This document shows, piece after piece, positions 30,198-40,478 of a DNA stretch of 64,000 nucleotides (positions are counted from its first letter, which is position 1; each line of letters starts with the position of its first letter). The stretch spans positions 224,001 through 288,000 of the forward strand of contig JBMNIW010000001.1 in the NCBI GenBank assembly GCA_050951325.1, read 5' to 3'. The notes beneath the pieces are model-generated. The model was not told the DNA's origin. It searched no databases and worked only from the letters and a program-made list of their open reading frames with translations. Position numbers and translations under genes: made by a program. The stretch comes from Clostridia bacterium (lineage in GTDB: Bacteria > Bacillota > Clostridia > UBA1212 > DUPL01).

Positions 30198-30722
30198 TTT
30201 TTACACCTCCCACCTTATTATATCCTAAATGTCAATAAAAAGATACCGTTTGTAAAGTATTTTTTTACATTCTTTCGTTTTTATCCTTTCCGCTGTAAAA
30301 CTCTTAATCTAAGGTGGCATAGTTAAATCTATTTTCTGCTGCTGTTTAGCATTTTATTAATGAAGAGTGTTATCTTTCGTATTATAATTTCTTATATAAT
30401 CCCAATATGCCTTTACTTCAGCCTGTTCTAACATATTAAAGATGCTTTCAATATCATCGTAAAATTTTTTATATGTCTTCAAAATATGGGGAGCCATTTT
30501 AACTTTTAAGTGTGGAAGGGAGTAATTGCAATATACCAAATCTCTCAAAACCAGAAATTAGGTGCGAACTAATAGAAATAAATTTGATTTTATTAGTATA
30601 TAAAAAGAATTTATATTCTCTTAACTCAACCATTAATCAACCTAAAATACTGTGTATCTTTACTAAATACTTTATCAGTATTAAAAACATATAATTAACT
30701 GTAAAATCCTTCCCCAAAATAA

Positions 30723-31512
30723 CTAAAACTTATCAATATCTTCTACTCTATAATATTTCTTTGTAGTTTCTCTAATATTATTCTTAGCCATTTCTTTTGT
30801 TTGTTCTAACTCTTCAGTAGACAATTGCCCTTTTGACATTAGTAATTTAAACAATTCTTCATTTAAATTATAAACATATGCCAAAATATTCATGATGTTG
30901 CTAAATTCAGGCTCAAAAAACTTCGATATAGATGACTCTTTATTGTCATAAACATCCTCAACTAGTACAATGTCTTTTTTAATATATCCATCATTTTCAG
31001 ACCAAATGACTTTCCCAAATCTCATTTTTTTAACTTCATCACTGATACCTTTTCTTATTACATCAAGGTAGATGTTCTCCTTCGTGGCCATATCAAGTTT
31101 TTCAGCATCTTCTTTTGACAATTTTATCTTTGAATTTATTATAATAGCATCATCATAACTTTCATTAAATTCGTAAGGTACTACTTCAAATCCTGCAATA
31201 ACTAAACTATCTATTGCTAATTCCTCAACTTCTTCTAAGCGCAAAGTATAAGTATAAACTGTATCTTCATCAGTATTATTCCCTGTATAACTAAAGAAAT
31301 GATTCACCAATCTATACTCTCTAATAGTTATACCATTGTTATCAATATTAAAAATTCCCCCGTTTTTAGCCTTGCTCAATGCGTTTTCAAGAGTATTCTT
31401 TTGGGTTTCACCTATAACTTGTAATCTAAAGGATAATATCTCAAGTTGTTTTCCTGTATGTGGTGATACTTTTGGCTCACCATAATCCACATTTGATACA
31501 TTAATTATATGG
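30723..31512 (-). pseudogene. Hypothetical protein with 5' end truncated by IS21
   Basis: Long open frame whose annotated N-terminus reads out of the IS21 left end; native start not visible. Confidence 0.6.
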
Positions 31513-31664
31513 TGTTTATTGCATAATATAATTCCCCGAAATTGCAAAGCAAAATTCCCCACTTTTGCAACGCAAAACTCCCCATAATTGCAAAAGGCCA
31601 TTGCAGGCACCACACCAATAAATTATCCTTGTGTTTGTGGATAAATACAAGGAGGTAATGGAGG

Positions 31665-33173
31665 ATGCTAACAATGACCCAAGTAAAGAATATCAGAAAA
31701 ATGTATTTTGAGGAAGGGAAAAATATTAGTCAAATTTCCAGTGAAACAGGACATTGCCGGAAAACTGTAAGAGGATATCTAAGCAAAGAGGATTGGAATG
31801 AGGAAATACCAAAAGTAAAAAAGAAAAATAACTTTCCAAAACTTGAGCAATTCAAACCATTAATCGATACATGGCTTTATGAAGATAAGAAAGCCAAACG
31901 AAAACAAAGGCATACTGCCACACACATATATAAACGTTTACAAGAAGAATGTAATGGTTTCAACTGCTCCTATAGAACTGTTGCAAGTTATGTTTCTCAA
32001 AAGAAAAAGGAGATTTTTAGTACAAAGAACGCATATCTACCTTTGGAGCATATTCCAGGAGAAGCACAAGTAGACTTTGGAAGTGCTGACTTTTATGAAA
32101 ATGGGAAGCTATATAGCGGCAAGTACCTGAATCTGTCATTCCCGTATAGCAATAAAGGATATCTCCAGTTATTCAAGGGAGAAAACCAGGAATGCCTGTT
32201 TGAGGGTTTGAAAACAATATTTGAGCATATAGGAGGTGTACCAACCAGGATATGGTTTGATAATACAAGCACTATTGTTACCAAGGTGATTAAGGGAGGA
32301 GCTCGGAATCTGACAGATGACTTTTTGCGTTTTAAAGAACATTACCGTTTTGAGGCAGCCTTTTGCAATGTTGAGGCTGGTCATGAAAAAGGGAATGTTG
32401 AAAACAAAGTAGGCTATCATAGACGCAACCTTCTTGTCCCTGTGCCGAAATTCCAGAGTCTGATAGACTTCAATAAAGAACTTCTGCAGAAGTGCGAGAG
32501 TGATGCCAAAAGAGAACATTACCGAAAGGAAGGGACTATTGAAGATCTGTATAGAGCTGATTCTGAATCTCTTTTAGAGCTGCCGGCGACATCTTTTGAT
32601 GCAAGCAAATACATAACGGTGAAAACCAACGGATATGCCAAGTTTGTGCTTAACAATGGCATGCATGAATATTCTGTAGCACCCAAATATGCAAATGAGC
32701 ATGTATTGGTAAGGTTGACAGCCTTTAATGTAATAGTTCTTGACGAATGCTATCGTGAAATAGTGCGTCATGACAGACTTTATGGCGATAGCAAACAGCA
32801 AAGTATGCAGTGGGTGCCATATCTTGAACAGTTGGCAAGGCGACCAGGTGCATTGAAGTATACAGGAGTATACCAAATGCTACCACAACCATTAAGTGAA
32901 TATATGGAATGCTTAAACAAGAGGGATAGAGGGAATGTGCTAATGGTTATAGCAAGGCTGACACAAAAAGGTAGTTTTGAACAAGCTGTTGGTACTGTAT
33001 GTGCAGCATTGCAGCATGGTGTTACTGATGTAGACAGCCTTTTAAGTTTGCACCGACGACTTTATGAGAATATACCTCAGATTGAGCCTGTGCGACTTCC
33101 AGAGCATATTCCACAATTGATAAGATATGAACCTGATCTTACTGCTTATGATAAAAACTTAGGAGGGAGGTGA
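31665..33173 (+). CDS. istA: IS21 transposase
   Basis: N-terminal HTH, PGEAQVDFG, GGVP.RIWFDN, EKG.VE. Confidence 0.95.
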   Translation: MLTMTQVKNIRKMYFEEGKNISQISSETGHCRKTVRGYLSKEDWNEEIPKVKKKNNFPKLEQFKPLIDTWLYEDKKAKRKQRHTATHIYKRLQEECNGFNCSYRTVASYVSQKKKEIFSTKNAYLPLEHIPGEAQVDFGSADFYENGKLYSGKYLNLSFPYSNKGYLQLFKGENQECLFEGLKTIFEHIGGVPTRIWFDNTSTIVTKVIKGGARNLTDDFLRFKEHYRFEAAFCNVEAGHEKGNVENKVGYHRRNLLVPVPKFQSLIDFNKELLQKCESDAKREHYRKEGTIEDLYRADSESLLELPATSFDASKYITVKTNGYAKFVLNNGMHEYSVAPKYANEHVLVRLTAFNVIVLDECYREIVRHDRLYGDSKQQSMQWVPYLEQLARRPGALKYTGVYQMLPQPLSEYMECLNKRDRGNVLMVIARLTQKGSFEQAVGTVCAALQHGVTDVDSLLSLHRRLYENIPQIEPVRLPEHIPQLIRYEPDLTAYDKNLGGR

Positions 33174-33904
33174 TAAATATGCTAACAGCTGATATTGCAG
33201 CATGTTGTAAGACTCTTCGTTTAAGTCGCAATATCGTGGATATGTCGGATAAGATTCAGGCGGACAGTCATCAGGAATATCTGCTTAAATTGCTTCAATC
33301 AGAAATCTCACATCGTGATATAGTGAGAAAGAATAAACGATTAAACAAAGCTGGGTTTTATACTATTAAGACATTTGAAAGCTTTAGGTTTGACGAAGTG
33401 ACACTTCCTAGTGGAATAACTCCTGAGTACCTGAGAGAGTGTGAGTTTATCAAAAACAAAACCAATATCGTCATGTATGGCAATGTTGGCACAGGCAAGA
33501 CACATCTTTCAATAGCATTGGGTGTTGAGGCCTGTAAAAGAGGGTTTGAGGTAGCTTTTTACAGGACAACTGCGCTTGTTAACAAGCTTGCAGAGCACAA
33601 GAAAGCTGGAACCTTATCCACTTTCCTTAAGAAACTAAGCAAAGCAGACCTACTGATCTGTGATGAGTGGGGATACGTCCCACTCGACCGGATTGGTGCG
33701 CAACTTCTCTTTGAGGTAATATCAGAGCGATACGAAAACAAGTCTGTAATTATTAATACCAACATTGAGTTTTCAAGGTGGGTAAACATACTTTACGACG
33801 AGCAAATGACAGGTGCAATAATAGATCGAATTCTACATCATTGTCACTTGCTTTTATTCTCTGGTCAAAGCCACAGGATGCGTGAAGCAAGACTTGGCCA
33901 TTGA
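33170..33904 (+). CDS. istB: IS21 helper ATPase
   Basis: GNVGTGKTHL, LLICDEWGY, ISERYE, AIIDRILHH. Confidence 0.95.
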   Translation: MINMLTADIAACCKTLRLSRNIVDMSDKIQADSHQEYLLKLLQSEISHRDIVRKNKRLNKAGFYTIKTFESFRFDEVTLPSGITPEYLRECEFIKNKTNIVMYGNVGTGKTHLSIALGVEACKRGFEVAFYRTTALVNKLAEHKKAGTLSTFLKKLSKADLLICDEWGYVPLDRIGAQLLFEVISERYENKSVIINTNIEFSRWVNILYDEQMTGAIIDRILHHCHLLLFSGQSHRMREARLGH

Positions 33905-34087
33905 AAACTTAGTAAAAAGGTTGCGGGGAAACCATAAAAATTCCCCACCCGGTGCCTGGGGAAAAATTTTTGCAAAACTGGGGAATTTACTATTGCAAAA
34001 AACACCTTGTTGAGCATATTGTCTTTGGTGCATTCCTTCATCTTCTTTTTGCTTTGTTTGCATGGAAAATAACTATGCCCTAAGGGA

Positions 34088-34118
34088 AAGAGCCCGGTAA
34101 TATTGCCGGGCTCTTGTT
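34088..34118. terminator. Hairpin downstream of the GNAT gene
   Basis: AAGAGCCCGGTAA-ta-TTGCCGGGCTCTT. Confidence 0.65.
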
Positions 34119-34148
34119 CATTTATTGTTAATTTTTATTATTATAAAG

Positions 34149-34790
34149 TCAAAATTCATTTACCTTTGATGCTTTTACTGCTCCTAAAAACTCCCTAGGT
34201 ACTTGTGCAAACTGTAACTTTTGAAAGTCCTCCTTAAACATAAAGGACTTTAAAATGGGTAAGGATTCTTCCAAATCATTTTGTCTATATCCAATTGCTG
34301 GGTCTGTCAGTAAAGCAAATCCAAAATCTGAATACAATTTTATTGCTCGGAAACTAGATGGGTGTGTATGAAGAAAAACAGGATATTCATTCTCTGGAAT
34401 GCTTTTCATAACAATAGAAAGCAGTGCCCTTCCAATGCCCAATCCTTCGTATTCTTTCATAACTTTAAACCAATGTATCGTAGTGATTTTATCGTAGGCC
34501 TTCCATGCAAAACAGGTTCCGATAGGAGCATTGTTTTCATCACAAACAAATAAACACTTTTTAAAAAATAAATCTTCTTTGCTAGCATAGACATCATTGA
34601 AATACTTTGTCATAAAATCACTATATTGCTCAGCAGTCTTTTCATCATCAAAGGGCATCTTTTTCCATATATCTAATTCATCCCTTCTACAGGTTCTTAC
34701 ATAATATCCATCTGGCAACTCAGCAAGGGCACTTGTATTCAATTTTTTACACATCATAAATAGATTCTTATCGGGAATTTCTTTTTCCAT
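34149..34790 (-). CDS. GNAT-family acetyltransferase
   Basis: IHWFKV..EYEGLGIGRALL, AIKLY..FGF; ATG at 34790 after AAAGGAG. Confidence 0.85.
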   Translation of the reverse strand: MEKEIPDKNLFMMCKKLNTSALAELPDGYYVRTCRRDELDIWKKMPFDDEKTAEQYSDFMTKYFNDVYASKEDLFFKKCLFVCDENNAPIGTCFAWKAYDKITTIHWFKVMKEYEGLGIGRALLSIVMKSIPENEYPVFLHTHPSSFRAIKLYSDFGFALLTDPAIGYRQNDLEESLPILKSFMFKEDFQKLQFAQVPREFLGAVKASKVNEF

Positions 34791-34857
34791 AACACAAACT
34801 CCTTTATAATGAGAACTAGTTTTAATAAACTGAACTTCAGCCACTATTTAAAATTTG

Positions 34858-35150
34858 ATGTTTCTTCCGCTACAATGTCCCGAGTAACGCCAAATTTGTC
34901 ATAAATGGCTGCATGAAATGTGCTTTAATATGTTTTAGTGGGTGGAAGCGAAATCTCAGCATTTTCATTCACCCATCAAATATTTTCTATGCTTCTGTAA
35001 AAATAGGTACTGCTGCAGTTAGCCTAACTATATTCCCCTTTTCTAAAATGTCAATTTCATCAGCAAACCAAAAAGTTATTCCGCAGATTTGCATTTCAGC
35101 ATATAAAATCCAGGTGCTTATATCAGATGGCGGAATCTTAATACCAGGAT
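34858..35150 (-). pseudogene. VOC/PhnB-like remnant
   Basis: Manual translation with stops/shifts: ILYAEMQICGITFWFADE...SLPPTKTY*STFHAAIYDKFGV. Confidence 0.55.
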
Positions 35151-35427
35151 AAATTTAAAAATAAAACCGTTATTCTTTGATTATAATAATATATCTTTTT
35201 TATTTAAATGGACTTTACCATTATAGATTATATCTTGATAGATGTATTCATAGGAATATAATCCTCGAAATAATTAAGTATATCCTTCAACTTATAATTA
35301 GGTCTGGCAGATGCTATGTAAAAATAACCATTATTTTCATTTTCGATTACCATAACATTTTCAAAATTTTTATTGAAAAATATATTCCCCCAAGTATAAC
35401 GATTTTTAGTCGCACTATATCGTATCA

Positions 35428-35709
35428 TTATTTATTTTTTAGTTCTAAAAGTATAGGTGTTATATTTAGTACAATAGATATAATCGTCAAAATCCATAAC
35501 CACATTTCCATAGTAGGTACAACATCTAATAAAGCCGACCAATCTTTCACTTTTACCCACTTAGATACAAGGCTGTATTCTGAACAAAGTGTTAATGCTG
35601 TAAACGATAATCCTATTGCCATAGTAAGTTTATAATCTTTCCCTGTTTTATACATAAAAAGATTTATAAAAGTTGCTACTATAGCAATAACTCCTAATAT
35701 TAACCACAT
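35428..35709 (-). CDS. Small membrane protein (about 3 TM)
   Basis: MWLILGVIAIVATFINL...SFTALTLC...EDWSAL-like KDWSALLDVVPT. Confidence 0.7.
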   Translation of the reverse strand: MWLILGVIAIVATFINLFMYKTGKDYKLTMAIGLSFTALTLCSEYSLVSKWVKVKDWSALLDVVPTMEMWLWILTIISIVLNITPILLELKNK

Positions 35710-35834
35710 AGTTATACCCCCATTATATTTTCCTTTAGTGTACATAATCCTACTTAAACGTCATGAATTTTCAATCTCAGCCTAATTTTCATATTATTAT
35801 ATCATTTCTTATCCTTAATAGAAGATGAAACTTC

Positions 35835-36300
35835 CTAAAAGGAGTGATTCAATAATACGCATACATAAGAAATAAGTTTTTTAAGCATATTTTCTTCAGG
35901 TTCAGGCTCAACAATCCCTGTTATTTCAAATCCTATTTTTATGAGACTATTTAAGTATATAGTAAGTGCTCTGTGATATTTAATAACTTCCTCTCCTAAA
36001 AATTTAGCATTACGAATACCTTCCGTAAAATAATGGTCAACTGGCCAATGCAGAATATTACCCTTATCATCATAATACCAATCTTGAGGGTCTTGTGCTG
36101 TAAAAATGGGATGCTCTACAGAAAATACAAAATCTCCACCTCTTGAAAGGCATTTATATACTTTATCTAAAACATCCCCAAAGGATTTAATATAATGAAG
36201 CACCAGGGAACTGATAACAACCTCAAAGGATTCCTCAGGAAAATCTATATCTTCGATTGGCATACAGATATACTCGATATTCTCGTATTTTGTTTTGTTT
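35835..36300 (-). pseudogene. Class I SAM-dependent methyltransferase fragment
   Basis: FPEESFEVVISSLVLHY, GGDFVFSVEHP, KYHR; lacks the N-terminal SAM-binding GxG motif and the C-terminus. Confidence 0.75.
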
Positions 36301-36362
36301 CATTGTAATCATCCCTTGCATATTTTCCCAATTTTCTTGCAATTAAGTTTCTTGTTTTAAAC

Positions 36363-37416
36363 TCAAGACTTGTATAATCCATTTAATAGTTTTAAGAATT
36401 CCGGGTTATCTCTTAAAAATGCTAATTCTTCATCCTCTTTCACTTCTTTAATCAAAGCAGACAAGAATAATCCTTCCAAGGACGAATCATCCTCTTTTGT
36501 TTTGATGTGCCTATATAATGGTGAACTATTGATATCCCACTTATTGGACATTGCTGTAAGCATAGATTTTAATAATTGAACACATTGAGTTGCATCTTGC
36601 TTAAATACAGCCAGTTCGAAATAAGCCACATAGGAGTCATAATCCCATAAATCATATAACTTGGCTGTTTTATGAGAAATATCTGCAATATATTCTGCTT
36701 CCTCTATTTTATTTTCCTTAAGATGAATTTCCATTAGTTTTAATAGAATTGTTTGGATTTCTTTAACTTCCTCAATTAGTTTCTTTTCTAAAATCTCTAA
36801 TGCTTGGTAATATTTCTTTTGTCTTATATAAAGATTTACTTGTAACTGTCTTTTGTCAAGTGAATGTTCAGGCAGAACATCTATTAGTTCTTGTACTTTA
36901 TCATATTCCTGTCGTTCTATTCGTTTTGAAATCAACTTTGATAATACATGGTTACGAATATCTGTATCTTTGCTATTGGCAATGCGTTCATACATCCTTT
37001 CTATCTGTTCATAATATTTTGCGTTTTCTCCATCATCAAACATAGACAATGAGCCTTCCAATAACATTGCAACCGTATAAATTAATTTATCACAACATGG
37101 ATATTCTTGTATTTTTTTCATTGCCATTTTATAACCGAACTCAAACCCTTTTTTTCTGTATTGCAGTAGCCAAATCATTAGCAAAATTACCTATTTCATT
37201 ATCTGTTAAATCTTCTTTAAATGATAGTAATGTATTTAAATCTGTCTTAAGTAATCTAGCCAAAGCAGGTAGTAATGTAATATCTGGGTAAGACACTCCT
37301 TTTTCCCACTTGTTTACTGCTGGAGTAGAAACCCCTAAATACTTTGCAACATTCTCTTGAGTTAAGTTTTGTTCTTGGCGTTTTTTCTTTATTATCTCAT
37401 TTATCTTCATAGCCAA
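36363..37416 (-). pseudogene. XRE-HTH regulator with helical C-terminal domain, frameshifted at an A7 run (~37150)
   Basis: LTQENVA.YLGVS.PAVNKWEKG.SYPDITLLP in 37141-37416; removing one A joins it in frame (IQKKGFEFG) to 36363-37184. Confidence 0.8.
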
Positions 37417-37796
37417 TCACCTCATACTTCTTTAATAGTCTTTTGATATTTTAATTATATTGGAACCAGACACCCTAGGCAATTGACCGTTTGTTAATCT
37501 TTGTTCAAAAAAGTTTATCTGTAGTTAATTATCTTGTATAACTTATAATATCTTAGACAAATTTGAATTTGTCTGCGACTAAATTTCGGGTAGGTTACAC
37601 TAAAATGGTAGGTTGCCTCTGGCTTTGTAAAGGGTGAGTGCAACGAGTTCATCTCACTTAGATAAGCAAATAAAACAGTCACCAATTTGAACATCACGGA
37701 TACAGTTTTTTAGTATAGTTGACCATGTTATCCTTATGGATAAGTCCAATTGTCTTTACATTTTCCCCTATTAGACCTTTGTAAAGTGCTAAAATC

Positions 37797-37823
37797 TTGC
37801 TAAAAATTTGCTAAAAAATGATT
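37797..37823. repeat. Putative integrase arm-type sites (right copy)
   Basis: Identical 27-bp direct repeat of 26285-26311. Confidence 0.75.
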
Positions 37824-37925
37824 CTGGACAGACTAAAATTGAAAGGAATTAGATGAGATACTAATGTAGCACAAACCCTGATATATCAAGGTTTTTAGGG
37901 AATATCCACAATAAAATGATATGGC

Positions 37926-39230
37926 CTAAAATGCCTCTGGCACGACTGAAAACATAGAGTAGAGTTCCTTCTTGTCAAACTCTCCAATAGGTATCCCATT
38001 TATTAAAATCTCACCTTCTGTAACGTCAAAAAGACCAGTTATCAGTTTTACCAAGGTACTCTTGCCCGCTCCATTTATACCAACAACCGCCAGTTTTTCA
38101 CCTTTTCGAATCTTTAGATTGAGATTCTTGAATATGTAATTGTCGGTATTGGGATATTTAAAGCTTACATTTCTAAGCTCTATTTCAAGAGTGTTTTCGA
38201 CAACAGCCTTCCTTTCTCCACCTTTAACTCCCAGATCCTTGTCCATAAACTCATAAAAATCATGAACATACTGTCCCTCGTTTATAATAAAGGAGGTGTT
38301 GTCAATGAGGGTTTTCAGCATCATTGACAGGCTGACTATTGCGGACAAATACATCAAAAAGTCCGCTATGGGCATGCCATTCAAAGCCTTTACAACCAGT
38401 ATTCCATAAGTAGCCGCATCACTTATCAAAAGAGCTGCCAGACCTGCAAATCCAATCAGGAACTCCTTGTTCCTAATAATTCTGTGAATACCTATGTACG
38501 CCTTTATTTCATCATCATAGTTTCTCAGTATTCTATCCTTTAGATTATGTATCCTTATGTCTTTACCAAAACCAAAGTCATGGGTTGTGTTGTAATAGTA
38601 GCGGTTTCTTCTTTCCGCATGAGAAAGCTCTTTCCTCTTCTCATAATGGTAGTTGTGTACTTTTCTGTTTATCCACATTACACAAAATACATTCAGGATG
38701 TGGGCAAGAAGCACAAATATGTTCAGCCCCCCAATAAACACAACAAGAACAATGGAAGTCAATAGCACTGCAAAGCTTTCAAACAGTTTGTGGTATACAC
38801 CTTCTATACCGTTGTTGTTCGAACTTACAGCTTCAAAGGCCTTGTTGTTAACTTCGAAGAAGGACGCATCCTCCATGTATTTGTAATCCACACTAAGAAG
38901 CTTGTCATACATGTCCCGGATATAGTCGATACGGAGTCTTGTAATACGTGGATATGCATAGTCATGAGAATAGGCTTTTACAAATCCAAATATGGCAGTC
39001 AGGACAAAGTACATTGAAACAATCAAAATAATATTCCGTACCTTTGCACTTCCGCCCATGGAAAGCTCTTCAATCAGGAACTTCGGAAGCATGATTGCAA
39101 ACAATGGATAAACAGCGGCAGTTATTGTGTAAATGGTAAAGTACACAAATATTGTTCTGTTTTGTGCGTGCATGTTCTTTATTAGTCCTTTTATCACCTT
39201 ATGTATTGGATACGCTACAAATTTCTTCAC
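37926..39230 (-). pseudogene. ABC transporter, 5' fragment (interrupted by integrative element)
   Basis: TMD plus Walker A GINGAGKS; ends LYSMFSV, then reads VPEAF* from element sequence. Confidence 0.92.
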
Positions 39231-40324
39231 AGAATTTCCTCCTTGTTTTGGTTTTCCATGGCCAGGTCAACAATCTTGTATCCTATGCTGCCAAGCCTGT
39301 TTGTATTTAGTTGATAATATACCCTTCTTGCACTCTCATCCCCTACCGTGATAGACACAATCTCCGACTGCATAAGGATATCCATGTGATGGGACACGGT
39401 TGCAGGTGTAAGGTTAACGTTATCGGCAATTTCCTTCATGTACATGTCCTTTTCCTTAAGCAACCTAATAATCTTAATTCTTGTTGGATCGCTTAAAGCT
39501 TTTAAAGCGCTTACCATGCTCTCGTCACTTACCTTGTTCTTCTCTCTCATGTCATATAGCTTGAGAAAATACATGCCCAGAATAAAAAACTCCACATCGC
39601 TTTTCAGCTCCACCCTCAAGCTGTTAAAGCCAAAGACGGATACATAGATATTGGATTTCTGCCTGCATGTATTTTTCAAATTTACAAAAGAATCAAAGAT
39701 GTCAAACACATCAGGTACCTCATTCAGAAGACTCCATGCATCCATGTAGTCGTCTTCGATAATGTGGAAATGTCTTTTACATGCAGGAACACACTTATCA
39801 ACAAGCTCCCACATTCCTCTGACATTTTCATATCTTTTGTTGTACAACTTTATAAGTTTCACCTTCAGTGAGTCATCAATGCTTTTGTCCACCAGGTTTG
39901 TGACAAGACTCTGCAAATCCTCTATCTCAACATCCTTGTCCTTGCCGGCATGGTCGTATTCAAGGAATATATCGGTAATGTATTCCTTTACCACATCGTC
40001 AATATCCTCATCTGTCAAATCATTCTTGGCACCCATAAGTGTAACCAAACCAAGAGCAATACCTCCCTTGGGTTCGGACATGTTTTCAATAGGCTCAAAA
40101 AGCCAATGATACGACGGATTACTGTCATACAAAGGCAGTATATCCTCAAGGACAGCCTTTTTGTACAGTTTATACTTTTCAAAGAAAGATTCCATCTTTT
40201 CCTTGGTCATTCCAAACTTTGTGTGGTTTGCGATTACCTTTTCCTCAGCTTCCATGTAGTATTCACATAAACAGGAAACCACTTCATATGCCCAAAATGG
40301 TGATTTGTGTATTGCATAGTTCAT
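39227..40324 (-). CDS. Regulator with C-terminal ArsR-type winged HTH
   Basis: LKALSDPTRIKIIRLL...EIA....LTPATVSHHM..L; first gene of the ABC operon. Confidence 0.85.
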   Translation of the reverse strand: MNYAIHKSPFWAYEVVSCLCEYYMEAEEKVIANHTKFGMTKEKMESFFEKYKLYKKAVLEDILPLYDSNPSYHWLFEPIENMSEPKGGIALGLVTLMGAKNDLTDEDIDDVVKEYITDIFLEYDHAGKDKDVEIEDLQSLVTNLVDKSIDDSLKVKLIKLYNKRYENVRGMWELVDKCVPACKRHFHIIEDDYMDAWSLLNEVPDVFDIFDSFVNLKNTCRQKSNIYVSVFGFNSLRVELKSDVEFFILGMYFLKLYDMREKNKVSDESMVSALKALSDPTRIKIIRLLKEKDMYMKEIADNVNLTPATVSHHMDILMQSEIVSITVGDESARRVYYQLNTNRLGSIGYKIVDLAMENQNKEEIL

Positions 40325-40478
40325 AGAAAACCCTCCTTCATGAAAACAAAGGTACTTTACAATCATGTTAGATGTTTGTCAATATTGTTATACTCTTATC
40401 TAATGTAATTTTTTCTTGCCACGTACAAAAACTCATTCAGCATAATCGGTAACAGGTAAATTATGGAGGTTGTGCATA

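Larger units (their letters stand above)
31513..34004 (+). mobile_element. IS21-family insertion sequence
   Basis: TG...CA ends; IRs TGTTTATTGCA..AATTCCCC and TGTTTTTTGCA..AATTCCCC; repeated AATTCCCC subterminal sites; istA-istB. Confidence 0.92.
26158..37948. mobile_element. Tyrosine-integrase integrative element (~11.8 kb) at a secondary att site
   Basis: Splits one ABC gene; shared core ACTG at 26158-26161 and 37945-37948; int and xis at the left end; tRNA fragment; matching subterminal repeats; AT-rich cargo. Confidence 0.9.

Noticed and set aside
31530-31600. AATTCCCC repeat cluster as an iteron or array
   Set aside because: Matches the multiple subterminal transposase-binding repeats typical of IS21 ends and is mirrored at the right end.
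33854-34063. ORF supplying the missing N-terminus of the 30723 gene across IS21
   Set aside because: The join would be in frame, but there is no target duplication or convincing RBS, so coincidence is likely.
26386-37416. Prophage or complete ICE
   Set aside because: No structural, packaging, lysis, T4SS or relaxase genes are recognisable.
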